Positions 1-11,647 of a stretch of 21,806 nucleotides of DNA are shown one piece after another. The stretch covers positions 30,540,638 through 30,562,443 of the forward strand of contig JANKJI020000004.1 of NCBI GenBank assembly GCA_024626585.2, in the 5' to 3' direction. Both the position numbers and the translations under genes were made by a program. Position 1 is the first letter of the stretch; each line of letters starts with the position of its first letter. Source of the DNA: Ginkgo biloba. Lineage: Eukaryota > Plantae > Ginkgophyta. A model generated the notes under the pieces. The model ran no database searches. It had not been told where the DNA came from and worked only from the letters and a program-made list of their open reading frames with translations.

Positions 1-470
1 ACCCCTTCTCACAGGCATTCTTCCATAGCACATGACCTCTCCATTGTCTGCTCTACGTTTTGTAACATTTCTTGTTCACGTCCATTGAAGCTTACTTGAG
101 GGTTTATCCCGAATGGTGTACAACCATTGTTCTCTTCGAATCCTCTCAAATCCGAATGACTCCTCTTTGGGATTCCAACTCTAATACCAAATGTGAAATA
201 CAAAATCAGTATTCAAGAACACAAAACACACGAACACCATAGATCGGGTAGAATTGGTCTACTACTTTTTATTAATTTGAATTTTCTCTCAATGAATAAA
301 TGATGGGTACAGGGATCTTTTTAAAGACTTGCCCCACAGAATAACTTCCTTAGGAAGTTATAACTACATAATTAATACAAATATTAATTCACATTTAAAC
401 TTTGGGACACATACATAAATGTACAAATAAAACACTGAGGTACAACAAATAAACATTAATTATTCTAACA
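1..470 (-). mobile_element. 5' end of an LTR retrotransposon: short LTR (about 192-470), PBS, and start of the internal region running off the left edge
   Basis: PBS-like TGGTATTAGAG on the minus strand at 179-189 lies 2 nt from a TG...CA-bounded segment. The segment starts tgtgaaata at 192 and ends tattctaaca at 470, an imperfect terminal inverted repeat. Superfamily cannot be determined. Confidence 0.55.
179..189 (-). promoter_or_regulatory. tRNA-iMet primer binding site (degenerate)
   Basis: Reverse complement TGGTATTAGAG versus canonical TGGTATCAGAG (one C>T), next to an LTR end. Confidence 0.6.
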
Positions 471-1204
471 AGTTGCTCTAATGTGAACACCTTCTGCCCG
501 ACATGTTAAGGCACGAGAAACCAAGAGGGTCAATAAGGCATCAAAATTGTGAAGACAAAGCTAAGTATAGAATGCCATCTCAAGGCTAAGTGGTCTAGAT
601 GGTGATATCCAAGTAGTCTGAATAAAGCTCCTATAGATCTCCTCCCCGTTAACATCGTAACCTCCTTATTGGATAGTCAAAGGTCGTGAATGTCAGAGAA
701 TGGAGTGGGTGGCAAACAGTCATTGGAGTTCCCAACATTTTGAAGTAAGAAATTTGATTGTATTGCCTCCTCCTATGATGTCAAAATCAAGTGTGGCCAA
801 CCTCTATGAAGAACAAAGATACAAGTATAAGTATATAGTTTGTCCAATGCCCAATATTGATGCCCCCCGTGCATTTAACAGTAGAACGTGAACCTAAAGA
901 TAGTCTCAGTAACTACTAGATGTGCTCCAAACTCTACATACCAATACCTTGGGGCATTGGTTGCTTACACCTTAGGATCCGCAAAAGCATTAACATCCAA
1001 ACTCTCTCAATCGTGCCCAATCTATTGGCAATGAACTCATCCCTCCTGAAAATGCAACTTACAACATTGCCTCTCCAATAGTGAAAAAGTTGACTACACT
1101 TGACATAAAATCTTATTGCTTTTAGTTTGCATGAAACAACTTAGCTTTGGCAAAAGGAGATGACTTTGAAATTTTGTTGTGAACCCAAGTCATAAGATAG
1201 ATCC

Positions 1205-3087
1205 GTAACACAGTAAATTTAGTACGCATACATTACAAATATTTATTTATGTTAATTTATGGTAACAAATAATAGAGTTAATTTACAACTTTTAGCAAGC
1301 AAAACTATTTCACTAGGGTCAACTGGTAGTAATGTCCTCAATTGCATACCATAGGTCGTAGGGACAACATAAAGGGCTTACTATGTGGGCAACCAAACCT
1401 CCTGTAGAAAAACAACTAACCATCANNNNNNNNNNNNNNNNNNNNNNNNNNNNNNNNNNNNNNNNNNNNNNNNNNNNNNNNNNNNNNNNNNNNNNNNNNN
1501 NNNNNNNNNNNNNNNNNNNNNNNNNNNNNNNNNNNNNNNNNNNNNNNNNNNNNNNNNNNNNNNNNNNNNNNNNNNNNNNNNNNNNNNNNNNNNNNNNNNN
1601 NNNNNNNNNNNNNNNNNNNNNNNNNNNNNNNNNNNNNNNNNNNNNNNNNNNNNNNNNNNNNNNNNNNNNNNNNNNNNNGCTTACTATGTGGGCAACCAAA
1701 CCTCCTGTAGCAAAACAACTAACCATCAGCACCTAGCAACTATTAATGATCCACTAGAATTCACCTCTCAAACCCCACACTAGTAAGGTTGTTAGGCATA
1801 GCTATATTTAAACCCCTCTTTGGCACTAGGATGACACTAGTAACTAAGGTATCCATCCCTACCACAGTTCATTTATTTTTATTATATTTTGGTATCAAAC
1901 CCTAGACCAAAAATCCATTAGTATGGTCCACAAGCCCTAAGGCTACAACAACAGACCCTAGAACCAGTAATCATAAGCAACAACTCCACTCTAATTAGGT
2001 ATCTTTCAACCCACTTCCAGTTAGCCCAAACAAATGCATGCTTAAGACCAATTAAATCCTCAAAGAAAGGCACCCTTAATCAAGGACATCCCCCAACAAG
2101 TCTCCAACTAAAGCCATACTGCTAGATAAGTCTTTGGGTTTTCTACAATCAAGTAAGGCATATCGTTGCATAATCTTAAACATAACATTTTTTTTGCATT
2201 AATTACAATAATCTACCTTCAAGCATTAAATACACATAAGTGCAATCATCTAACCTCTTGACTAGAGGTGCCTTATTCTAAATGAGTTATTTCTCCTTTA
2301 TTAAGGTTTTCAAGCATATATTTTCAATAGTAAAACCATAAAATAGATTATGTTCAAAAGTATAATAATTTATATTAATTTATGGTAGTTTGGAAAATCT
2401 ACAAAAAAATCAGGCTTTGCAAAATACTTACGATTTCAGAGACTTACCCAATTAAATCACTTCACTCCAACGAAGATGCCAATAGCCTCTCTAGAGAAGA
2501 ACGTCTCCCTTTTGCAACTCAAACTACAACACTCTATCAAAGAATCCTACTTTGTGCAAAAGAGCACCAAGATATGCAACACAACCCTGCTAGAATGCCT
2601 ACATCACCTTTCTATAGTTTCTATGACCTTCGATTATCAGCGATGTCTAGAATAAATGCTCCAACAAAGATGTTTTGTTGTGATGAAGAAAATTAAGCCC
2701 TCAAATGCGGAAAAAGACCCCAAATACATGTCACTTTCTAGGACAAATTGAGTTTAGCAACATATAGAAAAATTGCAAAAAAATGGTACTGCACTAAGTA
2801 GCCAAAAAACATCCTAAATGTAGAGATAGAGAGAAGGAATGAAGGCACCCAGCTTGGATGAACAAAATGATGTTAGAAGAGTTATTAGAGCCCATAGAAA
2901 ACTCCCTACATATACAAAGAACCGAGCACAACCTCGAGCAAAAGCATTGTACATGTCCTTAGAGATGCCACACTCCCTAAGAACCCTTCTGGAATGCTAA
3001 AATGACATGTCAATATTCTATTTAGCCACCTTATGTTGGGTCATCTCTAAGTCCCTTCCTCTTCCCCTTTTTCTCTCTCCTCGCAAT
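1205..3087 (-). mobile_element. LTR copy A of the chromovirus-type Ty3/gypsy family (one end truncated, the other in a gap)
   Basis: Colinear, diverged similarity to about 4190-5640. Shared blocks include atatttatttatgttaatttat, tatgtgggYaRccaaacctc, aacccctctttggcac, gtatctttcaa, ctagataagtcttt, tgcaatcatctaa, atattaatttatggtagt, acatgtcaatattctatt and ctctcctcgc. Confidence 0.75.
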
Positions 3088-3187
3088 NNNNNNNNNNNNN
3101 NNNNNNNNNNNNNNNNNNNNNNNNNNNNNNNNNNNNNNNNNNNNNNNNNNNNNNNNNNNNNNNNNNNNNNNNNNNNNNNNNNNNNNN

Positions 3188-3990
3188 CACTTTGTCGATA
3201 TATCTTAGAGAAAACTATGGCTCCCTTCATGGTGTCCAAAATGTCATAGCTCATGGGAGAAGGGTACTTATCCTTGATAGTGACTTTGTTCAAGGCATAC
3301 TATAAGGAGATTTAGAAGGGTGAATAAAACCTAGATGCAGTAACTTCTAAATCTACTTCTCCATCTCCTCCTTCTTGGCATGGTGCAACATGTAAGTAGG
3401 TCTGGATCCCTGTTTGAGTTCAATTTGTTGGTCGACTTCCCACTCTATGGGCAAACCTCTTTGAAACTTATTGGAAAACACATCATCATACTCTATTAAC
3501 AAGGGTTCCATCTTTGCTTGAGTCTCTTTTTCCTTCTTTTCTTCCAATGACACTTCCTTCACAATTAGCCTAAATGCTTGGCTACTTGCTTTGCGAGCCA
3601 CCCTCTTCAACTACACCACTGAAAACAAAGGGATTTGGCTCAAGTCTTGATCACCAAACAACTTCAATTTCATACCTTTGTGGAAATGCAAAATATGGTC
3701 CCTCAAATTCTAGGTGGTCCTCATACTCCTAAATGGTGATGGGAATGTTAGTGTAAAACTCCTTCCACGTTTGGATCTCCTTCTCATAAGCCAATTCTAC
3801 CTCATGCATACGGGGCTTCTTATGTGCTCAAATAGGATCTTTTGGCCAGGTCCTCAAAAACAAAATTATGTGTGCAACCATTATCAACAAGTATAATGGC
3901 CTCATGCCCATTGATCTTACCTTTAATTACAAACAATTCAACTCACAAAAACTTTTAAATGGTCCCAAACCTAATCTTTAAGGAAGTGTC
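3188..3990 (-). pseudogene. Decayed Ty3/gypsy pol fragment: aspartic protease to RT N-terminus
   Basis: Minus strand gives ELFVIKGKINGHEAIILVDNGCTHNFV (protease D-[S/N]-G motif, about 3863-3892). It continues EYDDVF...GLP....[23 protein letters not shown] and [11 protein letters not shown]...[14 protein letters not shown]. There are stops and frameshifts, and the PILLVKK...CVDY segment is deleted near 3298. Confidence 0.85.
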
Positions 3991-3998
3991 TTCCAAGA

Positions 3999-5759
3999 TG
4001 AAATAGTCCCGCTTACTAAACTTGCAATATAACGCAATTCAAACCTGCAAAAATATGCTATAACAATGTAATACTCCTAATTACTAAATGTACAATACAA
4101 GCCGCTTTAGACCTGCAAATAATATTCTTTGGCAAAGATAGAAACAAGGCAACTTGAATAAAGTAAACAGAATTCTAATTCAGCCATAAAAATGCAGTAT
4201 CGTCAATACACATATATCGTAGATATTTATTTATGTTAATTTATCTCATCACAAAACAAAATACATTAATGTTCAGGTTCCAACAAGGGAAACTATTTGA
4301 TCAAGGTCAATTTGTAGTAAGGCACTCAACTGCCTAATGTTAGTTGTAGAGACTACCTAGAAAGGCCTAGTATGTGGGTAGCCAAACCTCTGGCATGTAA
4401 CACAATAAACATCATTGCCAAGTACTAATTATTAATATGTCAGACTCCATCCCATAAAGCTAGACTAGTAAGGGTGACAAGCATAGGTCTATTTCAACCC
4501 CTCTTTGGCACCACGATAACCCTAGCATATAGGGTACTCATCGCNNNNNNNNNNTATCCACCCATACTAGCAGTTTATTTATTTATATTAATTTCTAGTA
4601 TCAAAAACCCCTAGGGCTACAACAATAAATCCCACTAGTATGGTCAACAAACCTTAATGCTACAATAATAAAATCTAGAACCAATGACAAAGTAATCAAG
4701 AGCAACAAATCCACTCTCATCGAGTATCTTTCAATCCATTACTAATTAACCCAAAGATATGCATGATTAGGGCCATACGATTCCTCAAACATTGGCGCCC
4801 TTAGTCTAGGACTCCAATCCCCTAGCAAATCTCCAGCAACCAAACTACACTAGATAAGTCTTTAGGGTTTCTGTAGTCAATAAGACATATTTCTCCATAA
4901 TTGTAAACAAAATAATACTTCTACAATTATTGCAATTTTCCAACATCATAAGAACATTAAATATACACAAATGCAATCATCTAAACTCTTGACCATGCCC
5001 CTCTAGAGATGGAGAACCTTTCACCATATGTTCCCTATGCTCAAATAGACAAGTCCTTCTTAGAGACACCCTACTCTACNNNNNNNNNNTCTCAATTATT
5101 AGGGTTTTTGGAGATAAATTACCCATGATAAAACCAAAAAACATTTTTTTGTACAAGATTGCAAGACTTAATATTAATTTATGGTAGTAATCTCAAAATA
5201 CAATAGAAAAAAGGGGTTTGGAGAATACCTACAAATTCAAAGACTTATGGAGATAAAACCCTCTGATTGAGGATAACAAATGACTCTATGGAGCAGAACA
5301 TCTCGCTTTCACAATCCCAATTGAAGTGCTTAGCCCAAAATCCTCAAAAGATTTAAAATATTGCTCAAAATCCCAATGTAGACATGTTGCAAAGCCCACA
5401 TTACCCTTCTAAGTCTTCTGCAACCCTTGAAAGTCCAATTTATCTAGTAGAAATGCTCCAAATGAGAGGCCTTGGCCTATGGAAGAATTTTAGGCACTCA
5501 AAAATGGAAATCAATGCTAGTCGTAGTAGAACCAAGAATCCTTTTGTAGCTAAAAATGGCACATGTCAATATTCTATTGGATTTGCCCTATTTTGGATTA
5601 TGCCTTGGGCCATTCTTTTCCCCTTTTTTTCTCTCCTCGCCACTTTCCCCAGTGAACTTGCCATCAACTATAATACAAAAGCATTGACTTCAAAAAGAGA
5701 ACTTATTCTTCGTCACACATTCCAAGATAAGATTCACTTAGCCTTTCTAAGTTGTAACA
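3999..5759 (-). mobile_element. LTR copy B (complete 3' LTR, about 1.76 kb) of the chromovirus-type Ty3/gypsy family
   Basis: Begins tgaaatagtcccgcttactaaa, the same terminal motif seen at 14366 and at 19716 (the latter next to a PBS). Ends gttgtaaca at 5759, directly followed by a PPT and the integrase C-terminus. Confidence 0.75.
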
Positions 5760-5770
5760 TCTCTCCCTAC
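5760..5770 (-). promoter_or_regulatory. Polypurine tract of element B
   Basis: Minus strand GTAGGGAGAGA immediately precedes TGTTACA, the LTR start. Confidence 0.6.
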
Positions 5771-5799
5771 TCTGTGGGAAATCATTCTCCTCAATGCAC

Positions 5800-6204
5800 C
5801 CTATTGCTCAGACCAAAGCAACTAATTCTGAAGTGACTTCTTCAATGGGCTTATTTGACCGTTGAACAAGGTATTCTATAATATCTCCAATCCATGGCCT
5901 TCCTTCCCTCTCATAAAATATAGTTATTGAATTATGAACCTCTTGCTCAACTTCATGTACATCCATAAAAGCTCGCAAGACTAACACATCTTCACATGAG
6001 CAGTTAACTGCAATCTATACGCTAACTCATTAATCTTTTCCACAACTTGAAATGGTCCACAACACTAAGGTGAGAGTGTAGCGCACCATCCCATGGACAA
6101 GAAACTATTAGACTTCACTAAAAAGATATAACATATCCCCCACCTAAAATGATCTCGACAATCTATGCTGATATGTAGGTGATTGTGCTCTTTCAATGTA
6201 TTTT
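5800..6204 (-). pseudogene. Decayed integrase C-terminus (GPF/Y domain) plus chromodomain remnant
   Basis: Minus strand gives QHRLSRSF*VGDMLYL and LSP*CCGPFQVVEKINELAYRLQL (GPF/Y motif about 6050). It then gives IIEYLVQRSNKPIEEVTSE (about 5830-5890), resembling the chromodomain EYLVKW...EATWE. This points to a chromovirus. Confidence 0.78.
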
Positions 6205-6959
6205 NNNNNNNNNNNNNNNNNNNNNNNNNNNNNNNNNNNNNNNNNNNNNNNNNNNNNNNNNNNNNNNNNNNNNNNNNNNNNNNNNNNNNNNNNNNNNNNN
6301 NNNNTTATTAAAAGGGGCTAAAAACCACCTTAGCACCCAATTCTATGGTGCTCCACCAAACCGCAGCTTAATTTCTCCTAGGGGCTTAGTATTTCTCTTT
6401 CAATCCTTCTCACCTCTTTGCTGCATTTCAGTGCCATTTTATTCTGCCACTCATCCTTAGTCCTCATTGCGCATAAAACACTCCCATTTGCCAAATGATT
6501 ATGTTTATTTTTTGCACTATTTTGTATAGCCTCTCAAATAATTCAAATTGTTTAATTTGAAAATAATTAAGCAAAACTAGAATTACCATTAAAACACGAA
6601 AACAAAAACAATTATGACCAACCATATACATTGTTGAAACCATTAGAAGATTCATATGCAAAACTTTCGACGTCAATACAACTTTGAAACCAAAATGCTG
6701 CCAACTAGCCATCCATTCATCATATGCAACTTCTCGTTCTTGGGTCTATGTTAACAGCCTAGTCCGGATGCACCCATGATTTTGGGTTTCCCACTAGGAT
6801 CCCCTGCCTATATCCATTCTAGTGTCTTCCCTATGTCTACATTCTATCCCTCTATCATGCTAATTTACTATGCCTCCTAACCTGACGACCTAGTTAGCCT
6901 CTAAGGGNNNNNNNNNNNNNNNNNNNNNNNNNNNNNNNNNNNNNNTGTGCTACACAAGT

Positions 6960-9900
6960 CAACAGTTTCTTATCTCCTTTGGGTTGAGATGACTTGTCGC
7001 CCCCAACCTTCTCCTTACCCTTATCTTAAAATGATGGCTTCAAGAAAAAGCTTTTTCTGATTGAAAGGCTTCTTACGAAACTTGAAAAAAGGCTTTGTGA
7101 AGGAGGAAGACTCCTTTAGTCAAGACTTTTTTTAATATCTTATTAGTACTTTCGACTAGGCCCTTGGTGCAAAGATAATATGGTGTTGATTTCGAATGAA
7201 TAATCATAAATTCTTGGGTTGAATGTCAAATGGTCTCGTTGATGAAATTAGCACCTTGATCACTTACAATTTCAATCAAGCATCCAAAATGAGTAATAAT
7301 CATTTTGTAAACAAATCAGGTTGTACTTCACATATCACACTTACAAAGAGGTAGGTTTGACCCATTNNNNNNNNNNNNNNNNNNNNNNNNNNNNNNNNNN
7401 NNNNNNNNNNNNNNNNNNNNNNNNNNNNNNNNNNNNNNNNNNNNNNNNNNNNNNNNNNNNNNNNNNNNNNNNNNNNNNNNNNNNNNNNNNNNNTTGGTGA
7501 TGTATTAAGCATGGTTTGTTACTCTTTCGCATATCACAATTCCTAGCCCAATTCTATGCATCCTTAAACAATGACGACCACCATAACCCAACCAGTAAAA
7601 TTTCCCTAGGGGTGCCATCACTACCCATATGTCCTATTGCTACTTCTTCATGGGCTTCTCGAATGATAAACAGAGCTTCATGTTCAATTAAACAATGTTG
7701 TAGTACATGATCTGGCTTGATCGATATGGCACCACTTCAATCAATTAATATGGCTCAGCCCATCTTGCTAGGTTCTGACATCTAGTGCAATCAAGTTCCA
7801 GGGCATTATTTTGGTGGCCAAATATTCTGCAATGTCATATCAATCAAGGACCGTAGTTGCCTAGAATAGAGCGGCATCGAGAAAATCACCTTCCATATCT
7901 ATCACTTCTTCCCTACTATCAATCCTTGAAACTTAATCAAGAACATTGTGTTAGGCATCTAGTTTGATAATTCCCATGAAATTGAATTCCTGAAATAGCG
8001 ACATCCATCTACTCCAACATCCCTATAATATCAAAGTACAATAATGCTTGATGGTCCAAATAGAAATTGATTGATTAGCCAAAAGACAGTGTCAAAATTT
8101 TTGTATGTGATAGACCATTCCTAATCCTTCAAGAAAATCATCTTCAATACCTATCACTTCTTCCCTACTATCAATTCTTGAAAGTTGATCAAGAACATTA
8201 CATCGAGCACTTGGTTTGACAATTCCCATGAAATTGAATTCCTAAACTAGCAGCAACCATCTACTCCTACATCCCTATAATATCGACTATACGCATAGTA
8301 AAGCTTGATGGTCCAAATAGAAATTGAAATGATTACCCAAAAGATAGTGTCAAAATTTGTGTATCTAATAGACCATTCCTAACCCTTCACGCTGTTACAA
8401 CATAATTTTGTTGAGTGGATGACAAATCTCTACTCACGAAACATATGGGGTGATCAATATATTCATCCCTCGACTAGACCAACACACTATCGATAATATT
8501 TAATGAGCCATCTACGTGAATGTTAAATTCTTTACTCCGATCTAAGTACTGAAGTGTAGGAGCACTAACATTTTTTTTTTTTTTTTTCATTTAGTGCTCC
8601 AATATCCATTCAAATGGTGAGTCCTTTTCTTGGAGTCATTCCAAAGCAAAAGAGATATGTGCATAATTTCGTATGAATCATCAATAGTAACCAATTAGGC
8701 CCAAGAATTCTCTTTAACTATTTGGTCGTGGTAGGTGCGAGAAAACTTAGGACTAGGGCTATTGTGGATGGATCCATGAGTAAACCTTCCTCCATGACAA
8801 TACTTCCCAATAGATTTTCGAATGGCACCATGAAACTAAGTTTCCCTGGGTTTAAAAAAGTCCACTTTTGCAACATACTTGTAACATTTGGCAAAGGCTA
8901 CGCAGATGATAATTGATTAATGAATACAACGTTAAGTCATTTAAAAACATTTCAATCATTTACCCAATTAACTTCTTGAAGATTTTTAGGATTACCCATT
9001 GAAATATGGTAGGAGCATTCATTAGTCCAAANNNNNNNNNNNNNNNNNNNNNNNNNNNNNNNNNNNNNNNNNNNNNNNNNNNNNNNNNNNNNNNNNNNNN
9101 NNNNNNNNNNNNNNNNNNNNNTCTATGAACGAAAAGAAGTCATGACCAACTACCCTTTCTAAGACATATTCCGTGAAAGGTATGGGAAATAGATCCTTCT
9201 TTGCTACTTCATTGCATTCATGGTAATCTAAGCACACTCATAGTATCCTATTATGCTTCTAGACAATCACAATAAGACTAACCTATTCACTATCATCCAC
9301 TTTGTATAAGTATCCAACTTTTAACATTTTATCAATTTCTTCCTTCACTTGCTCCTTGTATCAAGGGTTCGTTCGGTATGGTCGTCGTTTTGGCTTGGCC
9401 TCTTCAATTAAATCAATGTGATGCTAGCTTAAATCAGGGGGAATGCTTTTTAAATCCTTATATGACCATGCAAACACATCACAAAACTCTTGAAATAATA
9501 CAATGGCCTATGTTTTCATTGTTGCATCCCATTAATCGCCCATGATAATGTTTATGGGTTCGACTTCAATTATGGTATTTATCTTTTGGGGTCTTTAAAT
9601 CCTTGACCTGGACTGACTTCCATCTATAGTAAGAGTGTATCCTTGTGTTTCATCGATACCATATTCTCCATATGTGGCTTCTCAAAAGCTTATAGGGTAT
9701 TGCCCTTCAAAATTTGGAATAAGTACTTCTTCATTGGTAATGGGAACCCACTTTTGTTGTTTAGTGCTTTGGTCTCTGTCTTGGACCAATTAAACTTTAT
9801 TTGTCTGGTGGCTATGATTCTTCTCAGCCATAACCTTTTGGTGGCTGCAAAAATTTCCTTAAGCTATACTTATCCATTGGATAAGTTTGCATTTCTTGAT

Positions 9901-10106
9901 TTTTAGCCAATAGCTTGGTGATACATCTCCTTTGCAATTTCCAAGATCTATGTTGTGAGATTTTTTTCCTTCTTTTTGTGTTACATATTCTCCTATTTTG
10001 ATCATATCTTTCTCCTTGCCTTCAGTAGGCTTTTAACAATGGATTGAGTGTGGGTCACAACTGTTGTCATAACCATTTCCTCGGTCTTTGTGGGGCAGCC
10101 TTACTN
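6960..10106 (-). mobile_element. Decayed Athila/Tat-like (non-chromovirus) Ty3/gypsy pol: RT-RNase H-integrase
   Basis: RT: KEQVKEEIDKMLKVG, CLDY..N....KDLFPIPFTEYVLERVVGHDFFSF, NAPT. RNase H: HPICF, EGLGMVY, DHQAL, QEFNF. Integrase: IIREAHE...GH...LWWSSLFKDA, IITHFGCLIEIVSDQGANF, STPYY....LVESTNKIL. Domain order is RT-RH-IN, with many stops and frameshifts. Confidence 0.88.
7880..8389. repeat. Diverged tandem duplication (7880-8131 and 8132-8389) within the RNase H region
   Basis: Both units start agaaaatca..tc...ctatcacttcttccctactatcaat and end tagaccattcctaa(t/c)ccttca. Shared internal blocks include aattcccatgaaattgaattcct and gcttgatggtccaaatagaaattga. Confidence 0.92.
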
Positions 10107-11647
10107 NNNNNNNNNCCCCCATGACTTTTGAACCTTGTTTTGTTCACCTTTCGGTCACTTGGGAATGCTTTTGTAGTGGTTGCCTGGCCAATGGCATTTA
10201 TTTAACAGTGTGCTTCTTTTGACCTTTCCATCCTGGGTGATTTCCCCTCTATTGAGTACAGATCCGAGTTAAGTATCTAGATTAATATTAGAATCTCGGG
10301 AATTAGTATTAATCATTCATGGCCATAACAGAGCATCACATGTATCAGAATGTCAACAACAACAAGATATGAATCATCAATCAGATGTGAATTCATAGGG
10401 TATTATCTAATAAGCACAGACAGGATGTATGCACAATGATGATGGTCTGGTAATTTGAGAGTGACGGGTTTATAGCAACAGGGAACCTCTTTGTACGATG
10501 GTTGTGAGTGGTCATTAGTAACAGGTGGGTTACCTACTTGCTGAGTGATTGATTCCCAAGAACATAAAGTAAACCCAAGGTAATTCCTGAATGACTCCAC
10601 GATATTATTCTGATGATTCTCATGCAATCTCTGAGTGATTCCCAAGTAATCCCTGCAAATGAATAATACATCAATGATTATGGTTGTTCATGTACTCATA
10701 AAAAATGTATACGGCTGACCAGATTATTTAGCCATCTAACATCTGCCTACCTCTCAAAACTTGAGCATTCCACCCAAGGCAAAACTTGACTGGTGGGAGT
10801 AGAAGGCTGGTCCTGAGTGTCTGTTGTTGCTGTAGTTGGATTATATATAGGACATTCAATGTTCTAATTCTCCTTCCAACATCTATCCACCGAGTATTGT
10901 TCTAAGTGGGAGTCTCTGTTCTTAGTGGGAGCCTCTCACTAAGGGCTTCAAAATTGTGGTAATCCATGCTTTGATCTGGTCTCAAAATTATCTGTGATCT
11001 GGTACAGACCATCTGGGACCTACAGCTGCGATCTNNNNNNNNNNNNNNNNNNNNNNNNNNNNNNNNNNNNNNNNNNCTGGTTTAGAGGGAGCAACTGCAA
11101 TATTTGGCTGTTCCAATTTGGCTTGTATTCATCTTCAAATAATCAGCTCATTTATGCAAAAAATAAGAGTTTCAGCTTGCTCACTGTCTATTTGTCCAGC
11201 CCATATGCGAGAAAAATGATATGACAGAGCAAAATCATTTTTTATGACCTCTGTCATATGTTTCCTCCTCATGACAATTAATCATCAATGTGTAATACTT
11301 GTTCTGTAATTTGGAATTAATTTCCAAACAGCTTGTTTCAGTTGTCTGAAAGTTACATTGGATAAATTTGAGCACATCAGGCTGAAGAATCCTAAGTTGT
11401 GGACAGCTAGTTTTTTGTACAAACAAAGCTCCTTCAAACTGAAATTATATGGATCAGATTTGACTTGTTGAGTTTGTAAACAGTGTTGTTTGCAACAGTT
11501 GAGATTAAATGCCTCCAGTGGTTTGATGGCCTCTGAAATAGTAGTCTTTATTGTTTAATTTTTGTATAATTCTGTCTTTAGCTACAGAATAATTATTTCA
11601 CAGGACTGACATTTTTTATATTAGCAGGGGTGCCATGCACAGAAGCT

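Noticed and set aside
471-1204. Possible decayed LINE ORF2 C-terminal fragment on the minus strand
   Set aside because: Only vague resemblance (e.g. IYRSF...LRWH), with no RT or endonuclease motif. Needs BLASTx.
1376-1728. 50-bp direct repeat flanking an N gap (1376-1425 and 1679-1728, one mismatch)
   Set aside because: Typical overlapping contig ends around a false gap. The homologous LTR B region has only one copy. Not a CRISPR or tandem array.
5384-5836. 150-aa plus-strand ORF, and similar ORFs at 2382-2696 and 11833-12225
   Set aside because: They lie within LTR sequence or antisense to RT and have no recognisable domain.
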